DNA from: a virus
Taxonomy: Duplodnaviria; Caudoviricetes
Direction: 5' to 3' (one strand)
DNA length: 35,821 nt
IMG/VR virus record: IMGVR_UViG_3300025723_000103
Coordinates: 1 to 35,821 of that record
This document shows, piece after piece, positions 10,219 through 19,427 of this stretch (positions are counted from its first letter, which is position 1; the number at the start of each line of letters is the position of its first letter). The notes beneath the pieces were generated by a model, which was not told the DNA's origin, did no database searches, and worked only from the letters and a program-made list of their open reading frames with translations. The position numbers were made by a program, and so were the translations under genes.

Positions 10219-11979
10219 TTATTGTTGCGCCTGTGGTGGAGGCGGTGGATTAAATGTATCTGTTTTAGTTGTATAATTTTTCCATAATTCAGGAATAGCA
10301 ATACCAACAAATGATTGAGATAGTTGAGTTGGAATGACAGCAGCCACTACCTTTCCAGAATTTTTAACTGGTATTGCAGGAGGTGCATTAGCAACTATAT
10401 CGGTAGATATCGGATTAAAAGAAGGCGGCATTAAATTTTCATGATGCGGGTAAGGTTCCATTGTCGGAACCCTTAACATTATGCTAGTGATACTTGCACC
10501 AGAGGAGGGCAAAGGATTTCTAAATGTAGGTAATGCGGATGGTAATGTCGCCTGTACAGCAGATCCTGCCGATGCTGCCGCAACACTGCTATTCATGTAG
10601 ATCTTTGCGGCAGTTTCTACATGATTAAGAGTTGAAAGAATATTTGTAGTGGCACCTGACGTAAAATTATTATTGCCCTTAGTTTTTAAATCAAATGCAA
10701 GTGCCGTAGTCAGTTGAGTTCCGCCGTTCACTAAGATAGATAAATCATGTTGGAATGAAAGATGGCTAGTGCCAACCACTGATTCGTCTTTTGTACCACC
10801 AACACTTATTTTATTATTTCCTGTAACTAAAACTGTTTTGTTGCCAACTACTTCTGTTTGATGGTTGCCAGTTGCTTTAACATTAATATTTCTTACAGCT
10901 TCCATATTAATGTCTCGTCCTGCATAAAAATTCATATCATTTTCTGTGTGTACGCTAATACTGTCTTTTGCATAGATATCTATTTTACCATTACTGGTTA
11001 ATTCTATCCAGGTAGTACCTTTACCATTACCTATATAAATTAAATCTTCACTGTTATGCAACAATATTTGATGACCAGTACGGGTGCGAATACGCACTAG
11101 TTCGTTATGAGGTATACCTGGATTTCCATCTGTTTCGCCTGCTTCAACTGATGCATAATATGGAGCACTACCTGCTACTGTCCTACCTTGAGTATCTACT
11201 GTGTCACCAGCGGGGGATCTACGTAAAAATTTATCGTCACCGTCATCCATAACAAATGTAGTTCCACCCAACCTACTAACACTTGCGGTGGCGGCATATT
11301 CAGCAGTACCTACTGTCCCACTAGGCCCATTTTTATCAAGAGGTCCGGGTGTTGATATTCCAAATACTTGGCTGGGAAGTTCTCTCCTTGCACTAGACGT
11401 AGTAATACCTCTAATATCATCTAGTAATAATCCTTGATTGTCTAAAATTGTAGCAAGCGGATGTTTGGCTTTAGGTGTTTGCGTAGTATTTCCTGTCGGT
11501 ACATTCGCACGTTTATTGTATTCTGCCACAGGCACTCGACCTGTGCGTCCGGCCATATCGGTTTTTTCAGAGAATGACTCAGTTGATAATTCTGTAGCGG
11601 CAAGGCCGGGGACCATAAAGTTCATAAAATCGTTTGGTACGCAACCGAACCAAAACCCCTGTCCTGGATCTCCGTTAATAAAAATTACTGCTACTATTGT
11701 ACCTACATCTGGCGGTACCATCCACATACCATAGGCCTTTTGTGCATCGTCGTAGGTGTTAGTGCCAGTTACAAATTGTGGACCTGTACTACCAAAGAAA
11801 GGACTTATCATCCTAACAGGCAAAACTTGACTAGCTGACTCACTGTCACCTACGTCTTTTAATAATTGCACTTGTAATCCGCCCATATAGGTAGTGTCTA
11901 AAAAACCAACCACCTTTGCCAGGCACGGGGCTGCCGGCATTACTTGTGCATCTTGTCCTGTATTGTGTTCTACTGTCAT
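10219..11979 (-). CDS. gp5: Baseplate central spike, gp5/VgrG-like (OB-fold plus beta-helix), no lysozyme domain seen
   Basis: N-terminal OB-fold pattern (GLQVQL...YGMWMVPPDVGTIVAVIF.NGDP.QGFWFGC), RIRTRTGHQILLH, TWIELTSNGKIDIY, then 8-residue V-x-G-N type beta-helix repeats. Lies upstream of gp25. Confidence 0.8.
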   Translation of the reverse strand: MTVEHNTGQDAQVMPAAPCLAKVVGFLDTTYMGGLQVQLLKDVGDSESASQVLPVRMISPFFGSTGPQFVTGTNTYDDAQKAYGMWMVPPDVGTIVAVIFINGDPGQGFWFGCVPNDFMNFMVPGLAATELSTESFSEKTDMAGRTGRVPVAEYNKRANVPTGNTTQTPKAKHPLATILDNQGLLLDDIRGITTSSARRELPSQVFGISTPGPLDKNGPSGTVGTAEYAATASVSRLGGTTFVMDDGDDKFLRRSPAGDTVDTQGRTVAGSAPYYASVEAGETDGNPGIPHNELVRIRTRTGHQILLHNSEDLIYIGNGKGTTWIELTSNGKIDIYAKDSISVHTENDMNFYAGRDINMEAVRNINVKATGNHQTEVVGNKTVLVTGNNKISVGGTKDESVVGTSHLSFQHDLSILVNGGTQLTTALAFDLKTKGNNNFTSGATTNILSTLNHVETAAKIYMNSSVAAASAGSAVQATLPSALPTFRNPLPSSGASITSIMLRVPTMEPYPHHENLMPPSFNPISTDIVANAPPAIPVKNSGKVVAAVIPTQLSQSFVGIAIPELWKNYTTKTDTFNPPPPPQAQQ

Positions 11980-11994
11980 AATTATTTTATTATT

Positions 11995-14169
11995 TTATTT
12001 GCTAGTACTGGTCACATTATTAACTGTATCAGTCTTAGGATCAAATGTTGCTGTGCTATCTTGTCCTTGTCTTCTATTAACTGTTAACGTTTGTTCAAAG
12101 ACTCCACCTCTAAATTTACTTTCAATTGTAGTAATTTTATAGAAACCACTAAATTGCTCACACAATGCAGACTTTCTATCATACATTCCAGTAACTTGAT
12201 TAATATCTGAAGGCGTTCTAAAATTTACAATAATATCAACTTCACCATTTTGATAGTTGATATCACCGTCAGATGTTACGTTGATAAGGTCTGTTTGATT
12301 AGCAGTATAATTACCCATGCCGCTGTTGGCAATATAATAAGGATCACCATTGATGGTTATACTTGCGTTCATCATGTCCATACCTTTGACCATTGAGTCG
12401 TGAAATAGTTTGGCTGCACGACTAATTTCAGTTTCTCCCCTAGATCCACCTCTTCGATCGTGTGACGAAGTAATAGCATCGTACTTTGCTTGGTACGCTG
12501 GAAATCCTTCTGCACTACTACCACTACTCAATCCGGGCTGTAGATTAATTTGTTGTTGCTGTTTAGTTTCAGCTGTCATACCTTGTTGAGCTTGTGTTAC
12601 ATTGTCAGCAGTTCTTTTATAATTATCAGCCATAAATGATTGATAAAATGTATTCTCAACAGTAATGTCAAAGTTTTTAACTTCTGTGTTTAATCCAGTG
12701 TACAAATAATCATAGATTTTTGCAACTTGAGCCTTTAATCCTCCATTAGAAAATCCTGGAGCGGGTGCATTAGGCAATAATAGTTGGCTGGCATGCACTT
12801 GATATGGCACTACTCTATAAACCATTAACTTAGGAACTTGTCCTGTTTGCTTCATGTTAGCTGTAGAAGACACATAGTATGCCTGAGTGTCTATACGCCA
12901 CCAAGGTCGCATGCCAGTAGTATTATTAATTAAGGATGGATCCAGTGCGGCAGCCGCGGCACTGCTTTTTAACAGCACCTGATTAATAGCATTAACTATG
13001 TCAGAACCTTGAGAAAACATAAATGAAACTTCACCGGGTTTTGAATTTGTTTTGCCTCGAACCCATACTTTCTTTGATACATCCCACACATTATTTGCAT
13101 CTTGATGAGGACGTTGTCCTGTTCTAGTCACATCAAATCCTAAAGTTGCTGATCCCAGCGCATTACATTGAGAAGGATCTTGAACTAATAATTGTGTTGT
13201 ACTTGATCGTGTTACACCTAGTTGTTTTAATAGTTGAGCATTGTCTGGAGATTGTGTGCTTTGAGTAGCGGCATTGGCCTGTATTAAAAAAGTACCAGTA
13301 GTTGATGTTGAAATATTAGGTGGAAATAATATTAATATCTCATCTGCTACAGTGACAGCGCCGTCTTTTTGTAGCTGTTGGAATCTAGCATTGACAACGT
13401 TTTGTAAACTTTCAGTTCCAGTTTGTAGTATTTCTTGTACAGTAGTTCCGTTTATAGTAGCGTTACTTTTTAATTGTTTGTAACTGTCGTCCAGTGCACC
13501 AGCATTTGCAACTAGCCCTACAACATTATACACCGCTCCAGCGGCAGTGGCTTTCACACTAATTGTGTTGAGTTTAAAAGGTATGTATTTTGTTGTGTTA
13601 GGTACTAGTGCGAGAACACCGTCTTCAGTATTTCCTCTAAATTCTATCACTAATAAGAATATTGCTTCGTTATAATTTTGATATCCGGCATTATAGGCAG
13701 CGGCCTGCATGGCAATCATCCACGCTCCTAGACTATAAGGTTCAACTACCTTAAATTCAATGTTGGTAACATTAGTATTGCCTGTGCCTTTTTCAAAACC
13801 ATATTGACTTGTTATATTAACTTCATCTAAAAAGAAATCAAATTGTTGTCCAGCAAACCCAAATCTGTTATCAGGATTTCTAAACGCACTACTTAAGATA
13901 GTTGGCGGGAATTGTCCTGCCAAGTAAGACGATAATGGATAGTTAAAACTATCTGGATCTAAACAATACATGCTGAACAGATAATTATAGCTGGCAAATC
14001 CACTTAACACATTTGGCATGGGTAGTTTAAACTGTGATGGTGTTGGATTATTAAATAATGATTTAAAATAACTGCCGATAGAGTTTACTAGGCCGCCACC
14101 GCTTGCTGATGTTGCTGTTACACCGTTTGCTTGTGAGCTAGAAGATGCTGTTGTTGCGCCATCTGCCAT
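11995..14169 (-). CDS. Putative baseplate hub protein (gp27/gpD-like), 724 aa
   Basis: Sits between the gp53-like and gp5-like genes. The C-terminal ITINGDPY...FSGFYKITTIESKFRGGVFEQTLTVNR resembles hub-protein C-termini. The assignment is inference. Confidence 0.6.
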   Translation of the reverse strand: MADGATTASSSSQANGVTATSASGGGLVNSIGSYFKSLFNNPTPSQFKLPMPNVLSGFASYNYLFSMYCLDPDSFNYPLSSYLAGQFPPTILSSAFRNPDNRFGFAGQQFDFFLDEVNITSQYGFEKGTGNTNVTNIEFKVVEPYSLGAWMIAMQAAAYNAGYQNYNEAIFLLVIEFRGNTEDGVLALVPNTTKYIPFKLNTISVKATAAGAVYNVVGLVANAGALDDSYKQLKSNATINGTTVQEILQTGTESLQNVVNARFQQLQKDGAVTVADEILILFPPNISTSTTGTFLIQANAATQSTQSPDNAQLLKQLGVTRSSTTQLLVQDPSQCNALGSATLGFDVTRTGQRPHQDANNVWDVSKKVWVRGKTNSKPGEVSFMFSQGSDIVNAINQVLLKSSAAAAALDPSLINNTTGMRPWWRIDTQAYYVSSTANMKQTGQVPKLMVYRVVPYQVHASQLLLPNAPAPGFSNGGLKAQVAKIYDYLYTGLNTEVKNFDITVENTFYQSFMADNYKRTADNVTQAQQGMTAETKQQQQINLQPGLSSGSSAEGFPAYQAKYDAITSSHDRRGGSRGETEISRAAKLFHDSMVKGMDMMNASITINGDPYYIANSGMGNYTANQTDLINVTSDGDINYQNGEVDIIVNFRTPSDINQVTGMYDRKSALCEQFSGFYKITTIESKFRGGVFEQTLTVNRRQGQDSTATFDPKTDTVNNVTSTSK

Positions 14170-14170
14170 G

Positions 14171-14476
14171 TTATATTCCTAATGCTTGTGCTAACATACC
14201 ATACTGGCATAGATATATTTTAGTGCCGGGAATAAAATCAAGTATTGGATCTTGTAATACGTCTAAATTACGTTGTATAAAAACCCACCACAAGTTTGCA
14301 GTACCATATAAGTCATAGGCTAATAAATCTGGTCGATAGGTATACTGTGGCTGAATAGTGTATAGATAATCAGAAGCTGATGAGCTTACTGGACGAATAG
14401 TTAAAATATCCAAGTACTGACCATTAACCATCGGAGTTATAGCATAAGGACTAGTTGATGTATAAGTTGCTGTCAT
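14171..14476 (-). CDS. gp53: Baseplate wedge protein, gp53/LysM (tail X)-like
   Basis: YTI...YRPDLLAYDLYGTANLWWVFIQRN...PGTKIYL is the gp53/LysM-like signature. Confidence 0.85.
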   Translation of the reverse strand: MTATYTSTSPYAITPMVNGQYLDILTIRPVSSSASDYLYTIQPQYTYRPDLLAYDLYGTANLWWVFIQRNLDVLQDPILDFIPGTKIYLCQYGMLAQALGI

Positions 14477-14477
14477 A

Positions 14478-15452
14478 TTAAATATACCCTGGTGATGAAT
14501 TTAAATAACCGCCTTCAACGAATCTGTCAAGGCTAAATTTCTGTGAAGTATTTCTGCTGTACATCGGTAATAAAGTTATTGTAAATGTACTTTTAGTTGG
14601 AACATGTGTTACACCGCCTGCTACACTTCCTCCTATTCCAAACAAACCTAGTCCGGCAGCAATCTGTCCAGCTCCGCTAGCAAGACTACTTATACCTGCT
14701 GTTATGCCCGAAGTCCCTGGTACTGATGATCCGATCGCATTTGATGCTATTGAAATTGCATCAGCGTATCCTTCAATGCTGCCTGCCGCACTGCCAACAA
14801 TGTTAACACCAATATAGTCACAATCTTTGTCTAGGGTCATGCTAAAATTTGAAACTGCTACTGGCACGTTTGAAAACACGTACTGACCGTATCCGTTAAG
14901 ATAAACTATTGGGGGTGGGTTACCTGCCTTTGGATCATATCCTGTGAACATTTTGGTCATAGAACGTAAATAGTGCAGAGAAGCAAGCCAGTACAATCCT
15001 TGTGTAGGATCTTCAACGTTCATCGGTGCTGTAATTTGTATACTGCCTGGTTCACTATGTTGATACGCTTGGAATTGAAAATTTGTATGCATAGTGCTAA
15101 TTGATTGATATTTTGCACTAGTAGATACAGTAATTTGAGGAGTGTAAGGAAATACTAAACCATTGACATTCATTAGTGGCGCTAACACCGGACTATTTCT
15201 AAAACTAGGCCAAGTGGGCATACTCAATCTAACTCGCCAATCAGCGGCATTACCTGTGTTGAACGCGGCAGTGGCTGCCGAAATATCTCCTGCAACTTCA
15301 GCGGCAGTAGGTATGTCGATCGCTCTAATAGCACTACCAAAATTAGCCGCATTAGAAAGAGCCGATATTGCCGCCGCGGCTTCTCCTACTGCGTTTGCAA
15401 GGTTAACAACGTTTTGTGCCGTTGTTGCTACACTATTACCATTTACAGCCAT
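14478..15452 (-). CDS. Putative tail tube initiator / baseplate-tube junction protein (gp48/gp54-like)
   Basis: LVFPYTPQITVS..AKY, YLRSMTKM, GNPPPIVYLNGYGQYVFSNVPVAVSNFS resemble tube-fold initiator proteins of contractile systems. First gene of the baseplate operon, with SD AAGGA upstream. Confidence 0.6.
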   Translation of the reverse strand: MAVNGNSVATTAQNVVNLANAVGEAAAAISALSNAANFGSAIRAIDIPTAAEVAGDISAATAAFNTGNAADWRVRLSMPTWPSFRNSPVLAPLMNVNGLVFPYTPQITVSTSAKYQSISTMHTNFQFQAYQHSEPGSIQITAPMNVEDPTQGLYWLASLHYLRSMTKMFTGYDPKAGNPPPIVYLNGYGQYVFSNVPVAVSNFSMTLDKDCDYIGVNIVGSAAGSIEGYADAISIASNAIGSSVPGTSGITAGISSLASGAGQIAAGLGLFGIGGSVAGGVTHVPTKSTFTITLLPMYSRNTSQKFSLDRFVEGGYLNSSPGYI

Positions 15453-15473
15453 AATATATCCTTTTTGGTATAA

Positions 15474-15508
15474 TATTTAGTTGATTTTATTATGTGCGTA
15501 GTTTATAA
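15474..15508 (-). promoter_or_regulatory. Putative late promoter of the baseplate operon (TACGCA-N15-TAAATA)
   Basis: Minus strand reads TTATAAACTACGCACATAATAAAATCAACTAAATA, with the same architecture as 9731-9765. Confidence 0.65.
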
Positions 15509-15509
15509 T
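15481..15509 (+). promoter_or_regulatory. Sigma70-type promoter for the gp55-gp47-gp46 operon
   Basis: TTGATT (15481-15486), a 17-nt spacer, then TATAAT (15504-15509), 22 nt upstream of the gp55 ATG. GAGGA SD-like site at 15519-15523. Confidence 0.7.
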
Positions 15510-15531
15510 AGCATATCAGAGGACTCTTAGG

Positions 15532-16380
15532 ATGACATTAATACCACAACCAGTAAAAGTAAATTACCTAAACAACAAGGATATGTTGTTAGAAATACAT
15601 AGATCAAAAACATCATATTGTGTTTTTACCAAACCAGAATATCATCAATATGATCTTATTTTACCAAGTGTTGACAAAATCAATATTCGAACAATAGCAG
15701 AAGCCAAACGTGCTAGAGCCAAACGATTGGGACAAGAAGAATTTGATAGACGTAAAAAATCGGGCGAAAAAGTCAAGGCCGCAGACTGCGAAGTTGATTA
15801 CAAGAAAATGATAAAGACAGATCTAGTGTTTCGTATAATGACATTTGATCATATCCCACTTAATAATACTCGTAAAAAGAATCCTAAAAGCCTAGCAGAT
15901 CATAGAGACAAGGTTAACTTTCCTCCATTCCAACATTGGAAATTTAATGACGAAGATGAGCTGATTTGCGTGGGCAAGAGTCATTGGAAGGGTGATTTAG
16001 TTAAGGGTAAGTTTGACAAAGATGCGGGTCAAATAACTAACACTCTAGCACGTATGATGTTAAAATTGTGTGAAAGATATGCTACTCGCGGCAACGTTCG
16101 TGGCTATACCTACAATGATGAGATGAAGGGTCAAGCTATACTACAGCTTACACAGATAGGACTACAGTTTGATGAATCGAAATCTGATAACCCTTTTGCG
16201 TATTTTACTGCCGCTGTTACTAACAGCTTTGTTAGAGTTATTAATATCGAAAAACGTAATCAAAATATCCGAGATGATATTCTGGAAATGAACGGTATGA
16301 ATCCAAGTTATAGCAGAACCGGTGCCGGAGAGCATGCGGCCGCAATGAAACGTAATGATGAAGCAGGGCCTAGTGAATGA
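15532..16380 (+). CDS. gp55: Late-transcription sigma factor, T4 gp55-like (282 aa, with a large insertion)
   Basis: NYLNNKDML at the N-terminus and ARMMLKLCERYATRGNVRGYTYNDEMKGQAILQL...FDESKSDNPFAYFT...NSFVRVINIEK match gp55. The gp55-gp47-gp46 order is typical of T4-like phages. Confidence 0.9.
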   Translation: MTLIPQPVKVNYLNNKDMLLEIHRSKTSYCVFTKPEYHQYDLILPSVDKINIRTIAEAKRARAKRLGQEEFDRRKKSGEKVKAADCEVDYKKMIKTDLVFRIMTFDHIPLNNTRKKNPKSLADHRDKVNFPPFQHWKFNDEDELICVGKSHWKGDLVKGKFDKDAGQITNTLARMMLKLCERYATRGNVRGYTYNDEMKGQAILQLTQIGLQFDESKSDNPFAYFTAAVTNSFVRVINIEKRNQNIRDDILEMNGMNPSYSRTGAGEHAAAMKRNDEAGPSE

Positions 16381-17390
16381 CAAATTTATTTAAAAGAGTA
16401 GCTTGTTTTACAGATATACATTTTGGATTAAAGTCTAACAGTTCAGTACACAATCAAGACTGTGAAGACTTTGTAGATTGGTATATTGCCAAGGCAAAGG
16501 AGGAAGGTTGTGATACAGGTATCTTTATGGGCGATTGGCATCATAACCGCAATAGCCTTAACATTACTACAATGGATTATAGCCTTAGGGCCTTGGAAAA
16601 ACTGGGTCAGGCGTTTGACAACTTCTATTTCTTTCCTGGTAATCATGATTTGTACTATAAAGACAAACGGGACATACACTCTGTGGAGTTTGGAAAGTAT
16701 ATACCTGGTATCACTGTGGTACATGAGCCTACTACTATTGGAGATGTCACTCTTTGTCCGTGGCTTGTAGGAGAAGAATGGAAAGGCGTAAGCAAAAAAG
16801 GTGGCAAGTATATCTTTGGTCACTTTGAATTACCTAATTTCTTTATGAACGCTATGATTCAAATGCCTGATCACGGAGAGATACAACTTGATAGTTTTAA
16901 GAACTATGAGTTAGGATTCAGCGGACATTTCCATAGACGCCAACAACGTGCTAATATGATCTATATTGGTAACGCATTTCCTCACAATTATTCAGATGCT
17001 TGGGATGATGACCGCGGTATGATGATCATGGATTGGGATGGTACTCCTGAATATCATGCGTGGCCTGGACAACCTACATTCCGCACAGTTAAGCTAAGTC
17101 AGTTAATCGACGAAGCAGATACTATTATTAAACCTAAGCAACATTTACGTGTAAGTTTAGATATTGATATTAGTTTTGAAGAAGCTAGCTTTATTAAAGA
17201 AAAGTTTATTGCAGATTATGACATCCGTGAACTTACACTAATTGCGGAAAAGAAAGAAATAGAAATCAATACCAATATAGATGTACAATCTTTTGAAAGT
17301 GTAGATCAAATTGTTAGCAATCAAATTATTAATATTGATAGCGACACATACAATAAAAACATCTTGTTGGAAATTTATAACAGTCTATGA
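16377..17390 (+). CDS. gp47: Recombination endonuclease subunit, gp47 / Mre11-SbcD family
   Basis: Metallophosphoesterase motifs TDIHFG, GDWHH, GNHD, GHF, SGHFH. ATGA overlap with gp55. Confidence 0.95.
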   Translation: MTNLFKRVACFTDIHFGLKSNSSVHNQDCEDFVDWYIAKAKEEGCDTGIFMGDWHHNRNSLNITTMDYSLRALEKLGQAFDNFYFFPGNHDLYYKDKRDIHSVEFGKYIPGITVVHEPTTIGDVTLCPWLVGEEWKGVSKKGGKYIFGHFELPNFFMNAMIQMPDHGEIQLDSFKNYELGFSGHFHRRQQRANMIYIGNAFPHNYSDAWDDDRGMMIMDWDGTPEYHAWPGQPTFRTVKLSQLIDEADTIIKPKQHLRVSLDIDISFEEASFIKEKFIADYDIRELTLIAEKKEIEINTNIDVQSFESVDQIVSNQIINIDSDTYNKNILLEIYNSL

Positions 17391-19165
17391 TAAAAATAAA
17401 AGAGTTAACAGTACGTAACTTTATGAGCGTGGGTAATCAAACCCAGGCTGTCGATTTTAGCAAAACCAACTTGACTTTGGTACTAGGTGAGAACTTAGAT
17501 CAAGGTGGAGATGATAGCGGATCGCGCAACGGAACTGGAAAAACAACTATTGTAAATGCACTTAGCTATGCTCTGTTTGGCAACGCATTGACTAATATTA
17601 AGAAAGATAACCTTATTAATAAAATTAACAATAAGGGCATGTTAGTTACATTATCGTTTGAAAAAGATGGTATCGACTATCGTATCGAACGTGGTCGTAA
17701 ACCCAACGTGTTACAGTTCTTTGTTAACGACCAAGCTCAAGAAACAGATGAAACAGATGATGCTCAGGGTGATATGCGTGAAACGCAAAAGGACTTAGAT
17801 GACTTGTTAGGTATGAGTCATGACATGTTCAAGCATGTGGTTGCATTAAACACATATACTGAGCCATTCTTAAGTATGAAGGCTAACGATCAACGAGCCA
17901 TTATTGAGCAGTTACTAGGTATTACCCTGCTAAGTGAAAAAGCAGAAACACTTAAAGAGCTTATCCGTCAAACTAAAGATAGTATCACGCAAGAGTCTGC
18001 AAATATTGAAGCTACAAAACGCAGTAACGAAGGTATACAAAAAAGCATTGACAGTTTGATCACAAAACAAAATGCATGGAATACTCAGCATGCCAACGAA
18101 CTAGAGAAAATAGGTCGTAGCATTGTCGAATTAGAGAGCGTAGATATTGACGCTGAGCTTGCGAAGCATGCGGAGCTCAAAGTGTATGATGAGAAGTCAG
18201 CGAAGCTGAAAAGCCTAAATAAAGAGCGTGCAACGCTCGAAAGTGCGATAGCACAAGCGGAGCGAAGCGTCACGAAGTACGACGGCGAGCTCGTCAAGTT
18301 GGCTAACAAGACCTGTCACGCATGTGAACAAGAGCTACATGATCACAAGCATGAAGAAATGACCGCTACAGCACAAGGGCACCTTGACGAAGCCCGGCGA
18401 TATTATGCCAAGGTAGAAAAAGATCTAGCCAAAATACTTGCTGATATTTCAGCACTAGGCGAGCTTAGTCAACGGCCTAAAACCTACTACGACACCATAG
18501 AGGAAGCGTTCAAGCATCAGAATAATCTTGCCACTTTAGAAAGTCAGCTTAACATCAAAGCAGTAGAAGTTGACCCGTATCAAGAGCAGATTGATGAGCT
18601 CAAGCATACTGCCATGCAAGAAATATCCTGGGATCTAGTTAATGAATTTAACCTAATCAAGGATCATCAAGAGTTCTTATTAAAGTTATTAACATCAAAA
18701 GATTCGTTTATTCGTAAGAAGATTATTGACCAGAATTTGGCCTATTTGAACAATCGATTGACCTACTATTTGGACAAGCTAGGTTTACCGCACTCGGTCA
18801 CTTTCCAGAACGATCTAACAGTATTGATCACTCAGCTGGGGCAAGATTTAGACTTTGACAATCTGTCTAGGGGCGAGCGTAATCGCTTGATTCTAGGCCT
18901 ATCATTTGCCTTCCGCGACGTGTGGGAATCATTGTATCAAGGTATCAACCTACTGTTTGTTGACGAGCTTATTGACAATGGTCTAGATGCATCGGGCGTT
19001 GAGGGAGCCCTGGGCGTACTTAAGAAGATGTCACGTGAACGTAAGAAAAACATCTTCTTAATATCGCATAAGGACGAATTAATTGGCCGTGTAAACAACG
19101 TCTTGCGTGTGGTTAAAGAGAACGGATTTACATCATATGCCACTGACTTGGAGATCACAGAGTGA
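17387..19165 (+). CDS. gp46: Recombination ATPase subunit, gp46 / Rad50-SbcC family
   Basis: NFMSVG, Walker A NGTGKTT, coiled coil with a CHAC zinc hook, signature LSRGE, Walker B LLFVDE, H-loop ISH. ATGA overlap with gp47. Confidence 0.95.
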   Translation: MIKIKELTVRNFMSVGNQTQAVDFSKTNLTLVLGENLDQGGDDSGSRNGTGKTTIVNALSYALFGNALTNIKKDNLINKINNKGMLVTLSFEKDGIDYRIERGRKPNVLQFFVNDQAQETDETDDAQGDMRETQKDLDDLLGMSHDMFKHVVALNTYTEPFLSMKANDQRAIIEQLLGITLLSEKAETLKELIRQTKDSITQESANIEATKRSNEGIQKSIDSLITKQNAWNTQHANELEKIGRSIVELESVDIDAELAKHAELKVYDEKSAKLKSLNKERATLESAIAQAERSVTKYDGELVKLANKTCHACEQELHDHKHEEMTATAQGHLDEARRYYAKVEKDLAKILADISALGELSQRPKTYYDTIEEAFKHQNNLATLESQLNIKAVEVDPYQEQIDELKHTAMQEISWDLVNEFNLIKDHQEFLLKLLTSKDSFIRKKIIDQNLAYLNNRLTYYLDKLGLPHSVTFQNDLTVLITQLGQDLDFDNLSRGERNRLILGLSFAFRDVWESLYQGINLLFVDELIDNGLDASGVEGALGVLKKMSRERKKNIFLISHKDELIGRVNNVLRVVKENGFTSYATDLEITE

Positions 19166-19416
19166 CACCCAAGGATGAGGATCTGCACGAAGAGCTAATG
19201 CGAGTTTTTCGCAAGTACTTCGCGGAAAATCAAGAGTGGTTTGACAAGGATACCTATGCCAGTACTATTAGGCTCCGGCATCTTTTAAGCGATATTAGGC
19301 ACATTTGTAGTGATAGGCGCAAGGCAATTAGGCTGTGGCAAATAGATAAACGGGCGCAGTTAGATGAACGTAAGGTTCGTCGCGCTCAAAAAGGCAAGGG
19401 TAAGGAAAATAATTAA
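19162..19416 (+). CDS. Small basic helical protein, possibly Hc1/histone-H1-like DNA-binding protein
   Basis: GTG start overlaps the gp46 TGA (GTGA) with SD GGAG upstream. 84 aa with an Arg/Lys-rich C-terminus. EN..W..K...ASTIRLR..L..I......RRKAI resembles the Hc1-like helical hairpin as recalled, not searched. Confidence 0.6.
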   Translation: MTPKDEDLHEELMRVFRKYFAENQEWFDKDTYASTIRLRHLLSDIRHICSDRRKAIRLWQIDKRAQLDERKVRRAQKGKGKENN

Positions 19417-19427
19417 CTACATAGTTA

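Noticed and set aside
1-15452. Bacterial contractile injection system or T6SS locus instead of a phage
   Set aside because: Linked portal, protease, capsid, gp55 and gp46/47 genes show a complete T4-type phage context.
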